DNA of 64,000 bases, from positions 363,072,001-363,136,000 of the forward strand of contig OZ024741.1 of NCBI GenBank assembly GCA_964016885.1, read 5' to 3'. The DNA is from Eledone cirrhosa (Eukaryota). The position numbers and the translations under genes are program-made. Of this stretch, positions 33,426-47,443 are shown one piece after another (positions within the stretch are counted from its first letter, which is position 1; the number at the start of each line of letters is the position of its first letter). The notes under the pieces are model-generated. The model was not told the DNA's origin. It searched no databases and was given only the letters and a program-made list of their open reading frames with translations.

Positions 33426-35499
33426 ATATATATATATATATATATATACTATAAAGTATGTCCATAGAATCATTTGATAATATATATACACCATTTCCTC
33501 TCCCAATTAGCACAAAAAAATCAATTAGACCAGGCTATAAGATTAAAAGGCACCTATGAAGAAATAGTAGATAAATAAACGCCAGCAATCTCTTCGCGGC
33601 CAACCGCCATAGAATATTTACCCAACATTTCAACAGCACGTGGAAATCGATTAAATATACCGTCAACCATACACAATTAGGTATAAAATTAAAGTTAGAA
33701 GAAATGCTTATACACATACCAGGATTCTCCCTGCCCTCGGGTTTCGTTTGCATTTTGATATATCCTATTAAAGATAAAATCTCGAGCTTCGAAATCATCA
33801 GGAGACAAACTCGTTAGGACAGATTATTTTCTAAAGTGGTCGGTCCCCGCCAGACACGAATTCAAAATGGCTAAGAATTGTGACGTGGCAGTGGTCAAGT
33901 CAGAAAGAATGTGATTGGTTGCTTACGGCGAGTGGATTGGTTGCTAGAAAGCGCAGCCCAATATTGCCCAAATTGCATCTCAACCTTATGGGAGATTATT
34001 AAATATAAAGATTTACATATACACAAACTAGACAAAGTCACAGATATATATGTTTTGGCAACCATTCACGATGTGGCTCAATGAAGAATTAATAAATTAA
34101 ATAATCAGAGCAATATATATATATACGGGGAGAAAATACGCACACTCAAGCACACACCACAACAGTGCGCACGGGAGTTTCCTAATATTTTTTTAGGAAA
34201 GCTAACACACTCGTAGCATTGCTACGGGCACTACCGAATCTAAGGCTCTGGGAATAACCAAGCAACTACGCGAGTTTAGACGACATTTTGAATTCCGACG
34301 CCGGACTACTTTATGAGTTCAAACTTAAACACCCCAGTCAATCTTCAAACGAAATTCTGACAATATGATTTAAAGGCTTGCAATTATGACGTCACAATCA
34401 ACACCGAAGCCTCTCTTGTAATATGTATATGTGTGTTCGTTAGTTGTTACAGAATAATGTTTTTTTTTAGATTTATTATGACTTTCAAATAAGGCAAAGG
34501 CAATGTTTTTAAAGTATAAACAATAAAAGAAATGTTTTCATTTCCTTCTATTATATTTTTGTAATAATGGAACAATGATGGATTCTCGCAAAGATTTCGA
34601 TGATGAGTGTTCGAGTTCTTCGATCAGTTGAAGTACATATATATCGAATTATAGTGTAAATTTTTTAACTTATGCTATGAAATATTTAAATATCTTTTAA
34701 CACCTTTTATTCTAAGGAAAATGGACATTACGACAAATGACAATAGGTGCCTTATAAATAGATTTGAGCACAGTACAAACCGGGGCGAAGACCGGGAGGC
34801 TGCTAGTAACAGTTTTGTTCCACTTGATGCGGGATTGGTCGGGAGACCGTGTCTCGCACGTACAGAACTGTCCCTAGCATGTTTTCTACGGTTGGATGCC
34901 CTTCCTCACACCAACCACATTTCAGTGTGGACTGGGAGCCTTTTTATATATAAATTATTTTATACTAATATATAAAGTGTGTTTATCAATAAAGATACAT
35001 GTATATATGTACACCCACTCAGTCACATTCAAATAGACATGACAAAGAAAAAAAAAATTAAATATTTGGTAAATGCGAAATTTTTTTCTTTAGTAATATA
35101 ACAAAATTGCTCTAGGGTAAACAACCTTTCATTTCTTCTATAATTAGAAACTGGTTCTGGTTGGGTATGTTACGTCATGGTGAGCCAGCTTCTACACTGC
35201 TCTTGTCTACTAACTTGAAATGACGTCGCAGTTCAACCAAAAATCACGCTGAAGACTTTTCTAATGGAAAAAAAAACCGAACTTCCAAACGAAGAACTAC
35301 AGAATGAGATGATGACAGGGATAACTGGGGGATTAACTTGTCAGAGCTTCATCTATCCAAGGAATTGGAGGAAAGAATAATAATAATGTATTTAATTTCA
35401 TGTAAAAAGAAAAACAAAAAACTTTCACTTAAATTATTTTAATTTCAACAGAAGAAAAATACGGGATGCAACCGCGAGGACGATAACTGAGCAACTTTC

Positions 35500-36760
35500 T
35501 CAGCAGTTCAAAATGCGGGCTCTGGCTCCTCAATCATCCAGCTTCATATCAGCAGACAGTAAACCTGTTTACAGATCCCTTACCCTCTACCACAGTCCCT
35601 CCCTCTTAGGCGTAGTGCTCCCTTGGATCCCCAATTACTGACCGAGCTTTGGATCTGAGTTGGCTAACCTCGAGCAACTATTAAAAACACTTGAGGCTAT
35701 TGAGCCCCACCGAGGGTTTATTTTATATTTAGGAATTACTAGTTGACTTCTAAGTTGTATTTTCGTCGCTTTGACGACTTAATTCTCATGGAACTTGAAT
35801 GCTTGGTCAATATCAGACTCTCTCCAGAATCCCGCCACCTGACTACCTTACCCAAACGGTTTGGAGGTCTAGGCCTGCGTAAATACTCGTCTCTTCCTTG
35901 TTTTCTTTCCTCTATCCACGCTTGCTTCCCTTTAGTAGGTAACATCCTCTCCTTTCCAACATGGACTAGTTACAACAGGGAGATGGATGAACCTCCACAG
36001 CAGTGGGGCGAGCTAAGTTTGTCTGTTCCTGATACATATGAGGATAGACGGAAGCAGAGAGTATGAGACAATCTGCGTTCGGGTGATACTTTCAATTCTC
36101 TCTCTCTGATCAATTTTCAAGGTGTCGCCTACTTTCTACAAGCGCAAAATTCTCGAGGACTAGGTTGATTCCCTGTCGGGGGCTAACACTGGTGGTCTTC
36201 TCAGTCTGGATGAACTCCACATTTCCAGTGCATTCAGAGTGGAAGCCGATGTCTGAATGATTGTCGCTTCGCTCTCCACACCGAGCTAAACCTGATTAAG
36301 TGGGCCCTAACTCGGATAAATATCCCTCAGTTCTGGACCCGGCTGGATTATCCAGAATTGATGAGAAGAGATTAGAGGTAGATATCTCATTTGGGATGCT
36401 ACAGTCAGTGATTCTTTTACTCCTTCCCACATCATTGAGGCTGCTGTAAATGTGAGCGTCACTGCTTCCGTAGCCGAACGGAATAAAATTCAAAAATACC
36501 GGGAATTATCAACAAACAATTTTTCCAGCTTGTGGCGTTCGAGACGTTTGAGGGAGCCGGGCCGCTGACAATGAAGTTCTTGTCATCTTTAGCGGTTCGC
36601 CTTACCGAGGTGTCAGGTGTTGCCCGAGAGGGTGCTTGGCTGTTTCAGCGTCTTAGCCTCGCCTTCACCCATGGTAATGCTGCGAGCGTGTTGGCTTGCC
36701 TCAAAAGTTTGCGATGACCCTTGTAGTGTGTGACCGATTGATGCACTTGTTGAATTCATT
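35500..36760 (+). mobile_element. Degenerate CRE-clade element: RT C-terminus/thumb plus RLE
   Basis: LEAIEPH, TLPKRFGGLGLR..LPCFLSS, DPAGLSRIDEKR and VAFETFEGAGP..WLFQRLSLAFTHGNAASVL. Confidence 0.8.
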
Positions 36761-36959
36761 TTTTTTTGTTTTGTTTTTCTCGCTTTGCTTATATATATAT
36801 TTATAAAGTTAACTAACAATAATTAATTGATTTTTATGTATGTACTTCTATTTAAAGAGAGTAAGAAAAAAGGAATTGAGCAACAGAAGAAAGAGAAAGT
36901 GAGACCACAAACTTTACACCCCAGTCTGATCGGTATTCCAGTATTGTCGTAGAGAATAA

Positions 36960-37620
36960 CAAGAGATAACCGCTGCAACAGTCACCCCACCTCGTGAGGC
37001 TCCTTCTTCAAGTGAATTGCTGTCTCCGATTTTTGGAAGGAAATCAGCAGTGCGCGATACATGAAATCTCGACAGTGATTGTTACGAAATGAAGCGGTCG
37101 GTCAAGCCCCAATATTTAGTTATCTTCCACTCCTCTGTGTTGTAGCCGGCAGTGCCCGAGTTTATGGCCGAAGCGTCAAAGGTGCAGGCGGAGAAGGGGT
37201 TCCAACATGTCACGTCCCAGATTAAAGATTTATGTCCCTCGAATGGGAATAGGGTTATTCCGTGGGAGCGCTTACCATCACCATGGTCCAAGTCAGCTGG
37301 CTCCAGTTGTGACAAGAAGCCAACTGCGTCGTGTCTATTGATGTCATTCAGAGCAGTGTATGGGGAAACCGGCCGACGCTTTGACAATATGAAAGCGGGT
37401 ACAGACCAAACTCGTCAACAACAGTACAATAATGACATTTTATGTGGCTTACACATGCGGAAGCCAAGGCGCCGGGCCACTCTGATGCGAGTGCATTCAT
37501 CAAGAAGGGTATCGGTTGATAAGGAAGGCATCGAATTGAGCCATGTGCCGTTGTGTGGTTGCAAGGCGGAACGTGGTGCAAGCGAAGCGGTGATAGTCCG
37601 ATAATATTCAATTTACCCGA
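36960..37620 (-). mobile_element. Degenerate CRE-clade element 3' part, tail-to-tail with the previous one
   Basis: WLNSMPS..TLLD..RIRVARRLG..ALND..LEPADLDHGDGKRSHGITLFPF..LIWDVTC. Confidence 0.8.
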
Positions 37621-39023
37621 AGGTAGACCTTTAGCGGTGGTAATGATAAATATTGGTTTGGTGGTGTGGTAGTTTGCATGGTTCATTTGTGGTGGTGTAG
37701 TAGAAGTGCAAAGTTTATGAGTTGATGAGCTTGTTGGTTGAGTAATGGCGTAAGGTAAGTATATCTCAGTAAGTCGAGAGAAGTTTTGCCATGTTCGAGG
37801 AAACAAGTACTTTGTACTTGCTTGTTGTGGTGTGAAGTGATATTAATATGGGGAAGATGATTTTCACAAATCACATGGATAGGAATTGTAGTAAAACGCC
37901 TCACGCCCCCTGTCGGATAATAGAACAACCCATAGTTATCTCCCCCTGGTTGAGAACAGGAGAGGTAAACAGACAGCCACTGAAAAGCAGACTGAACAAA
38001 CGCCAAAAAACAGCCTCTGTACCACGCCACAGAAAACAGCCAAGGGAACAGCAAACAGCAAACAGCAAACTCCACAATACTTTTGTAATTGTAATTCACC
38101 ACAACTGACCGCGTCTATATTTGGTACGTTCCATTTGTAATACAAATAAACATCGCCATTATTTATATTTGTTGAATATAACTCTCGTTGTGGTTATTGT
38201 CTTGATTACGCGCACACTCACTCACTTTGTTATAATTCTCACAAACAAAAATGGTAAATAGACGAGGGACCTTCCCTCACGTCTGTGTCAATAAATAATC
38301 CAACTAGGATACATTCATTTTACCACACTGGTGACCGACGTAAGAATTTTACGCAGCCTTTTTATTCATTCGACTAAATAATTTTACGCAGCCTTTTTGT
38401 TCAGTTGAACTTCACTGTTATTGCCACGTTGTCAACCTTTTCGCAACTTACGAAAATACAAAAAAAAGACAGAGAAATAATAAAGTGTTTATACCGTATT
38501 GACAAGGTATACAAACCAGCCAAACAAATTTTTCCAAGATGGCGTTGCTTTCCTTCCCTGTTTTGTAATTTTCCGCCAGGACAGTGACATTTTGGAATTG
38601 CGTGTGTGTTCCATATTTGATCAAGGGAAAAAACTTTTTTGTGAACATTACTGCCCCGCAGGGGATATACATGCCTTACTTTTTTCTAAGGGATTTTTAG
38701 CCACAGGCTACCTATTGTTGATATCCAACGTGGATATATTCTAAGACAAACATTTTTTTTTTTTCTCTTTTTCACCTTATTTGATTTGGCTGGCTCGTTG
38801 AAGCAACACAAGGGGACAGACGTTGAAGGAAAATTTAAAAAAAAAAATATATATATATATGTATTTTATGTATTTTTCATATTTCCTAATGTTTTGAATG
38901 TCTGTTTCTTTTTGACCTTTCATTTTTTCTCAATTTTGGCTGTTTGCTTTTCACTGTACGAGGGTTCATTAATTACTGTTTAGATATATATATATATTTT
39001 TTTTTAATTTTAAACATTTTACC

Positions 39024-39800
39024 ATGAATGCGCCACATTTGCCCGCCTTTACCGGAAAACCTAAGCTGTGGTTTGCCCGGTTACAGGTGTATTTTACGGT
39101 CTGTAAGACCGAGCCTGGCCAGTGCCTCGCTGTCCTGATTAGCGGACTTCCCCCTAATCTAGCAGATTCGGTCCAAGATCTAATTACATACCCCCCCCCC
39201 CCCCTCTGACTTAACGTATGAGTCTTTGAAAGGCGAGATTTTGAGAAGGAACTGTAAGTCGGTAGAGAGTCGTTTTCGGTCATTGATCGAGGACGAACGA
39301 TTAGGTGACAGGACCCCTACCGCTTTTCTCCGGCATTTGCGGGATTTGAGCGATTCCCAAGATCAGGATAGACCTTTCCTGAAGCAATTGTTCTTCTCTC
39401 GCCTACCTCAAGAGGTACAGGCGATCCTAGCCCATATGCTAGAGGTAAATACCCTCGACCACATTGCTGTCTCTGCTGACAAAATTGTAGAAGTGACGAA
39501 GAGAGACACTTCGAAGCCAAAGTACGTTGCTTCCTCTTCTCTTCACGCTCATCAGCGAGTGATGAGAAATTAGTCACCACAATGGAAGCCATGACTCGTC
39601 AAATGGCGGAGTTGTGCCAGGAATTCAGGTCTTTTGGACGGCAGAGGAGCCGCTCACGAACTTATTCAACTCCTCGCCACCGTAGCCCTTCCAAAACACC
39701 AAAACCACCATATTGTTATTACCATGACAAATATGGTGACAAAGCCGCCCGTTGTAGGCCTCCTTGTGCTTACATGGGAAACGACGACCAGAGTCACTAA
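39024..39800 (+). pseudogene. Gypsy gag (frameshifted) with CYYH..C..PC zinc knuckle
   Basis: Three ORF pieces (39024, 39226, 39582) are homologous to gag at 9691. Confidence 0.85.
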
Positions 39801-42800
39801 CGGCGGATAGTGCGCTCTGCGAAACCACATCCAACCGCCACTTTTTCATTGAGGACCTGCTATCAGGTAGAGCCTTTCTGGTGGACACAGGTGCAGTTTG
39901 TTCAGTATGGCCTGTGTGTTGTATGAAGGAAACTCCCCCTGAGACACCTATTGAGTTGCAGGCAGTAAATTGTTCGCCGATTCGAACCTTCGGACAAATC
40001 TCGCTACCTTTGCAGTTCCGTAACTTGCGGCGTGAATTTAAATGGATATTTACTGTCGCTGCCTTGCCGTATCCAATTCTAGGCGCGGATTTTCTCCACC
40101 ATTTTTCATTGACGGTGGACCTCCGTCGTAAACGCCTAATTGATGGCATCACTGGATTAACTGTTGTTGGCAAGGCAGCAGGAGTTCCAACGGTTAGCCC
40201 GACCTTTTTTCTTGCTAACACCAGTGATACTCACCATGCGTTGTTGAACTCGTTCCCGCAACTGACTCAGGGAAATTTCCGAATTGATGAGCCAACTCAT
40301 ACCACGGAGCACTTCATAACTACAACTGGTGCTCCCGTTTTTTCTCGTCCTCGTCGCTTGCCTCCGGACAAACTCAAAGCAGCACGATCAGAGTTTGATC
40401 ATATGCTGCAGTTGGGGATTATTCGTCCGTCCACGAGCCCGTAGGCGTCCCCATTACACATGGTACCGAAAGCGACTGGCGATTGGAGACCTACTGGAGA
40501 TTATCGACGCCTAAATTCGATAACGGAACCGGACCGTTATCCTATCCCTCATCTGCAAGACTTTGCGTCTTCGTTGCAGGGATGCAAGATATTCTCCAAA
40601 CTGGATTTAATTCGTGTGTACCATCAAATTCCTGTCCATAAAAATGACATTCCAAAAACGGCTATAGTTACGCCATTTGGGTCATTTGAGTTTTTGACCA
40701 TGCCGTTCGGATTAAGGAATGCCGCTAGTACGTTTCAGCGGTTTATGGATGAGGTTACTCGCGGCCTCGATTTCGTCTATACCTATATTGACGACCTGCT
40801 CATTGCTAGTTCTTCTCAAGAGCAACATACGCACCATTTGAATCTTCTTTTCCGCCGATTGAAGGCATATAACGTGCAGATTAATGCACCCAAATGTGTT
40901 TTTGGTGCTGAGTCACTGACTTTCTTGGGTCACGTCATCGATGCTGACGGTATTCGACCCCGGCCTGAGCGAGTTAAGGTCATAGAGGATTTGCCTCCAC
41001 CGACCTCACTACGTCAGTTACGCCAGTTCTTAGGCCTGATTAACTTTTATAGGCGTTTCGTGCCAAATTGTGCAAGATTGCTTTTCTCCCTGACAGAAAT
41101 TTTAAAAAATTGTCGGAGGAAGAACAAAGACATTTCTTTGACAGACACTCAACTTGCTGATTTTCAGCACGCCAAAACTGCTTTGGCTAATGCTTCGTTA
41201 CTGACTCACCCGGTACCCGGTGCAAAGCTAACGCTTTGTGTTGATGCATCGGATATCGCTGTGGGCGCAGTGCTACAGCAAAACATCAATGGTTACCAGC
41301 AACCGCTGGAGTTTTTTTCCAGAAAGCTGAAACCTGCTGAGACGCGCTACAGCACCTTTGGAAGAGAGCTTTTGGCCCTCTATTTGGCCGTGAAACATTT
41401 TTCACATATGCTAGAGGGTAGACTATTTACTATCCTCACCGACCATAAACCATTGACTTTTGCGTTGAGAGCGAAGGCTGATAAATATTCGCCCAGAGAG
41501 ACGAGACACCTTGATGTCATCTCGCAATATACGAGTGATATCCAACACATTCCGGGTTCACTGAATACAGCGGCCGATGCTTTGTCCCGCTTACCCGTGA
41601 CAGCGATCTCGTCACCCTCTGACATAGATCTGACTCGTTTGGAGTCATTGGATGTTACATCGCCCGAGTTTGCGAATTGCGAGATTAAATATTTGCCTCT
41701 GTCGACTGCAGTTGGCCAAATTCTCTGCGACGTCTCTTTGGACGTGCCTAGGCCCTTCGTTCCAGAGAATCATCGTCGGACCGTGTTTCTGGCATTACAT
41801 GGTTTCTCGCATCCAGGATCTTCTGCCACAGCAAAGCTCATATCAGCTAGATTTTTCTGGCCAAATATGAGGCGTGAAATTGCTGCTTGGTGCCGTTCCT
41901 GCGTCGCTTGCCAGAAATCAAAGGTCCATCGACACGTCAAGGCTCCCCTGGGTACCTTTACTAACCCAGATGCGCGTTTTTCGCACATTCATATTGATAT
42001 AGTGGGACCTTGGCCTGTCAGCGATGGGTATTCTTATCTGCTTACCATAATTGACCGTTTTTCGAGATGGCCTGAAGCCATCCCCTTGAAAAACATCACC
42101 GCTGAGACAACAGCGCGTGCTCTTGTGTCTGGATGGATCTCTCGTTATGGAGTTCCATCCACAATAACTACCGACCATGGACGACAGTTCGAGTCGAGCC
42201 TTTTCCTCGAACTGTCAAAATTAATTGGTGCTAAACGCATCAGAACAACGGCGTACCATCCCGCTTCGAATGGTATGGTGGAGCGTTTTCACCGACAACT
42301 GAAGGCCTCCTTAATGGCCTCAATGGACTCGGCGCATTGGAGCTAGTACCTCCCTATTGTGCTACTAGGGATTCGGTCAACGGTGAAGGTCGACTTTGGA
42401 TTTTCACCGGCCGAAGTACTGTACGTTGCCCGGGCAAATGCTTGCCTCTATCGATCTTGATGCTCAAGATCACGCTTCCTACGTGTCCCGTTTGCGCTCC
42501 TATTTCCAGGATTTGCCGCCAATGGACACTAGGAAACAAACTGTCAAGACTGCTGTCCCAAGGGATGTTGCCTCGTGGACGCATGTCTTTGTAAGGAAAG
42601 ATTATTTGAAGCCCCCGCTCACACAGCCTTACACTGGATCTTACCGTGTCTTAGCGCGCTCGGCTAAGCATTTCACTTTAGATATTAAAGGGTCCAGGGA
42701 GACAGTTACAATAGACAGGCTTAAGCAGGCACACCTTGACACGGACGCTGTGGTTCCTGATCTACGAACCCCTTCGTATTTGCCTGTTGAGCGAACACCT

Positions 42801-42923
42801 GTTCCTGAACCACCATCATCGCCTGTCCCTACACCACCACCATCGCCACGTTACAATACCACGACCCGTTCAGGTCGTAGGGTCCACTGGCCCAAAAAAG
42901 TTTGCAGCACCGTCTATATTTAG
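39776..42923 (+). pseudogene. Gypsy pol (PR-RT-RH-IN) with premature stops
   Basis: FLVDTGA protease, MPFGL, YIDD, RNase H DAS/TDHKPL and DDE integrase. Stops at 40442 and 42344. Confidence 0.93.
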
Positions 42924-43978
42924 ACTGTTAGCTGCACCTTTTTTTTTGCTTCTGTGTTTCTGCTTTTTCTTTGCCTTGTTTTTCATGCATGCATGTTGTT
43001 TTTTTTAACATTTTTCAAATCCTTATTTTGGATTTAATGATTGGTAGAGCGAATAGCTCCCCCTTGTTGCATTGTTCGCCATCTTACTCCACGTGTGAGT
43101 AATAACATCGATTTTCGATGATTTGAAAATCTGGCAGGGGATACTGTAGTAAGACGCCTCACGCCCCCTGTCGGATAATAGAACAACCCATAGTTATCTC
43201 CCCCTGGTTGAGAACAGGAGAGGTAAACAGACAGCCACTGAAAAGCAGATTGAACACACGCCAAAAAACAGCCTCTGTACCACGCCACAGAAAACAGCCA
43301 AGGGAACAGCAAACAGCAAACTCCACAATACTTTTGTAATTGTAATTCACCACAACTGACCGCGTCTATATTTGGTACGTTCCATTTGTAATACAAATAA
43401 ACATCGCCATTATTTATATTTGTTGAATATAACTCTCGTTGTGGTTATTGTCTTGATTACGCGCGCACTCACTCACTTTGTTATAATTCTCACAAACAAA
43501 AATGGTAAATAGACAAGGGACCTTCCCTCACGTCTGTGTCAATAAACAATCCAACTAGGATACATTCATTTTACCACAGAATTAAATGAACATGACACTG
43601 CTAATTATAGAGTTTTTATTTGTCACATGATTTGCTTTGAAGTCATGTGCGGTTATGAACAACAGAAAAAAGATGCACGTATAGATGCAGTGTGTTGTGT
43701 GTGCGAATGTAGAATCCATAGTAGCAAATTTTAGTAACCTGGTAGCAAATTCAGCTAGTGCCGATCCCAGCAGGGCTGGTTAGCGTGAGTGTGTGACTGT
43801 GTAGCTACATCACGAGGTTGACTAAACAAGCTGTCTCTTTGTTGCAGAATCGAAAGCAGACTGTATTTGAGGATCGAATATTTTTTTGTATATATAAGAA
43901 TTAGGTTGCTCAGATAGCCTTTTCAACTGTCCTCTTTCGGACACTCTAGCGCCGTGAGCCTCTTAAAAGAAAACATTG

Positions 43979-44161
43979 GTGGATTGGCAGTATCGGTAGA
44001 GGGTCAGACGCCATGCTTTCCAGCATAGTTACGTCCCTTTACGATCTGAGTTCAAATCCCGCCGAGGTTGACTTTGCCTTTCATCCTTACGGGGTCGATA
44101 AAATAAAGTACCAGTAATGCACTGGGTTATTGCTGGCCTTGTGCCTAAAGTAGAAACAATT
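43979..44161 (+). mobile_element. Near full-length tRNA-derived SINE (octopus-type family)
   Basis: A-box-like TGGCAGTATCGG, B-box GAGTTCAAATCC, body GACTTTGCCTTTCATCC..GGGGTCGATAAAATAAAGTACCAG. Many copies in the window. Confidence 0.8.
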
Positions 44162-44924
44162 ATCTAAGTTTGTTGCTCTGAGGTCACATGTCAGTCGTTT
44201 GGATGTCGTATGTAGCAGGCTTAGAAAACCATGGAAAAAATATGTCGCGGTTTCACTACAGATTTCGAGAAATTGAGGAAAGACAGGTCGAGAGGAACTT
44301 GGAGACCGACGCCTACTGTACATGAAATATCATATTGATTAAAGAATAGGGAGGTAATTGAATGAGACAGACACTAGTTCGAGCTACTAGAAATAGTAGC
44401 CAAATCTTCCTCAAATCATACCCAACCATCTTTATTAAGAAAACTGAAAGAACCCATAAAATAATGTAGTCATAGATATACAATATTTGAAATAAAATGT
44501 GAGATGGTCATTGCTGTAAAGATAGTCATCATCGTTCTGTTTGATCAGAACTGACAATGGACTAGAAACAACTGAATGTAGGGGAGATAATTCCTGTAAT
44601 AATCATAGAATGTGGAGATTGTTATGCAAAATCTATATGAAATTTCTGTGGTTCTGTCACAGCACGTAAAGTGACGAATAATTTGACTATCTCATACTAC
44701 TACTCTCTCTTTACGTCTGCTTCCTGCGTGAATGTATGTGTGTGTAAAAGGAAGGCAGGTGGGGGGGAGGGGGTACAGAAACAATAGCAATATAGCGGCT
44801 GGCGTTACATTTGTTATGCTGAGTAAGTGTGAATGTATGTCTGAGTATATTTGTGTGTCTGTGTTTATATTTATATATTCATACATATAAATGTATACAT
44901 ATGCACATACACACACGAGTGGGA

Positions 44925-45015
44925 ATGGCTTTTTCAACTAGTGTGATCATCTCCGTCCCAATAACAGTGAATAGGGTGGTGGTTCGGAGACCCAGAACGC
45001 CAGAAGTCTCCACCG
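44925..45015 (-). mobile_element. Short CRE RLE fragment
   Basis: The minus strand reads VETSGVLGLRTTTLFTVIG; homologous to 48900-48980. Confidence 0.6.
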
Positions 45016-45020
45016 TTATA

Positions 45021-46132
45021 AGTTCAACAACAAATTTATAAGAAAGCCGAAATTTGCGACATTCAAGAAGGTAAATATGATTAGTTGTCTGTCAGAAATA
45101 GAAAAATCATTTACAAAACTACGCTGGAGCATCAAAAACAAAAGCAACAATATACGCACACACATATACAATACAACACACATCCCAACAACAACAGACA
45201 CACAGACACAAACAACAATAACAACAACACACACATCAACAACAACAACAATAGCAACATACCCAGAAACAACAACAACAGACACGCAGACACAAACAAC
45301 AATAACAACAGACACAACAACGATAACACACACGGAGACAACAACAACACACATCAACAACAGCACACATCAACAACAACACACACGCATTCAATGCCTC
45401 TCACCACCACCACAATCTTAACAAACACACAGACACAGAAAACAAGTAATGACAGTAGCACAGAAATCACAGAAATAAGGGAAAGTAATAGGATTAAAAG
45501 GAAAAGAAGAAGGGACACTAAGGACAAAGAGAATAACCAAGACGAACACACAGACACACAAAATAGGGTAGATAACAACATTGAGCCAGTGGAAAGAGAC
45601 AGGAGTAATTATGAGAGACATAGAAACAACCATGAGGCTGTTGGTGGAAATAGAAATAGAAACAACACAACTAACAATAACAATAGCACTAGTACACATA
45701 AAGCAGCAGCCTGGAACTCTCCGTTTTATAATCCCTCCGATAAATCATTCGACCTGCGACGAGTCCACGCCACGACTTTACCATTTAACAAACGCACGCA
45801 GTTGCCGTCGCAGGTCGATGAACAAACAGAAGCACAATTTAGTATAGCTAGATCCGAACTTAGAAATATTATAGAACAGTATAGCAAGAAGCATAATAGA
45901 ATAGAGGCCCAGCAACTGGGAGAAAAATCTGCAAATGGCTTGCGTAAGCTCATGCAGCGCTCGCGTAATGGAGAGATAGCATGCTTTCCAACAGACAAGT
46001 CTGGCAGAATGTCGGTTGACAGCCTGCCAAACTACATCCAGGCAATGCAACCCCACATCACTAACACAAGAGAGGTAACACCACAGGAGCATGAGGATAG
46101 AGAAAAAGCCCTCAATGCCCATATGGTGATGT
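45021..46132 (+). mobile_element. Third Penelope copy, internal fragment truncated at both ends
   Basis: Essentially identical to 21917-23000; identity stops at ATGGTGATGT. Confidence 0.92.
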
Positions 46133-46285
46133 AGGTCGCACTACAGAAAAATTCATGGTAATTTTGAAATTAGGCATGCCATTCAGAAAGACAACCGAGT
46201 AGCAATTTGCCTATGGCTGATTTAGAGAATACTTTATATCAGAGATGTACAACCTTTTTGAGAACGTATGTCGAAGATTTATTTA

Positions 46286-47443
46286 TCTATACATATATAT
46301 AAAACTGTAGTTGTGTGTGTGTGTCCTAATTTTTGCAAAGTCTATACAAATCCACATTTCTACTCCGATTGATGTCAAACTTACATTTATATATTCCATG
46401 CGGTCTAAAGATATTAACTGCAGCTTTTATTTTTCAATTTTCTGTTGTTAAAGGGTGTTAGGCACTGGTTATCGATCTCCATCGCGCCCTTATAATATAT
46501 GTCCGTATGTCTAGCTGTTTGCATTACGACATTATGAAAAACATGGTTCTCATTGCTGACGTATTATCTTCGCTATTTTCCGTTCATTGCCAGGGAACGT
46601 CTTCACGAACCAAAGTATCGTCTTCCTGTTTTCCTTCGGTTGCAACATTTTTCGAAATATTTACTTCTGCGTTCACAGATTGATTTTTTTTTTTTAGTTT
46701 CAGAAGATCCTGTTAAGGGTAAAAGCAGTGATTCTTTGCTTAAACTTTAATCTGTTATTTTAATATATAATATAAGCGAGCAAGTTGCCACTTCTTGCCA
46801 ATAAACATTAACCCTTTGTGCGCCATTCATCTAACTGTAGACCAACAAATACCAACTAAACAAGAACGTTGACAAGAACGATGGCGAATGAATCTTCGAG
46901 GTAAGCAGTTTCCTCCCGAGCTGTTAGTTCACGCGGGATTCTCTGCTACACCGAACAACGTACTGCTAGTCAATCCTTCCTCCAAAAGCCGTACAAAGCG
47001 GACATATGCATCTGGCAGATGGATCGGGTGCAAATCTACACCAGGCCTACGCGAGAAATTCGCAAGGGACTGCACCGACAGGGATAGAGAGAAAGAGTAA
47101 CTTAGTGGAAAGAGTGCGAATGAACTTTTGAGGTAAGTAGCCTACGCCTTACTGCTATGACACTGGAACCTTCTGCCAACTTAACCTGTGACTTTCTATT
47201 TCACATTTACTCCAATAGGCCAAAACAGAGGAGTATGAAAAGAAGGGGTTCAACAATATTTCTATGAACAATGCACGTAGACAGCTAAACTGTACTTTCA
47301 ACTTCTTAATTTTCTCCAAATAAAACACGTTTCCTGTCGGTATATTTTCGTGAGTTTTTAACAGGCACTCACAAATAAACGTTTCTCATTGGAGGTGCTA
47401 TTACCAATGTTCTTACCCGTGCAACGCCGGGATACACTGCTAG
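46286..47443 (+). mobile_element. Non-autonomous Helitron (1158 bp)
   Basis: 5' A|TCTATACATATATATAAAA with a following (TG)n. 3' hairpin CCCGTGCAACGCCGGG at 47416-47431, then CTAG|T. Confidence 0.75.

Larger units (their letters stand above)
37887..43578 (+). mobile_element. Full-length Gypsy LTR retrotransposon 2 (defective), 4-bp TSD GAAT
   Basis: LTRs at 37887-38327 and 43145-43578 (TG..CA; I count 6 substitutions plus one 7-bp indel). GAAT at 37883-37886 and 43579-43582, tRNA-Trp-like PBS at 38329-38341, PPT before 43145. Confidence 0.96.

Noticed and set aside
33832-34312. Kolobok-like MITE (TAAAGTGGTC../..GACTACTTTA, shared GAATTCAAAATG)
   Set aside because: The TIRs are short and imperfect and the TTAA TSD is degenerate; too weak to call.
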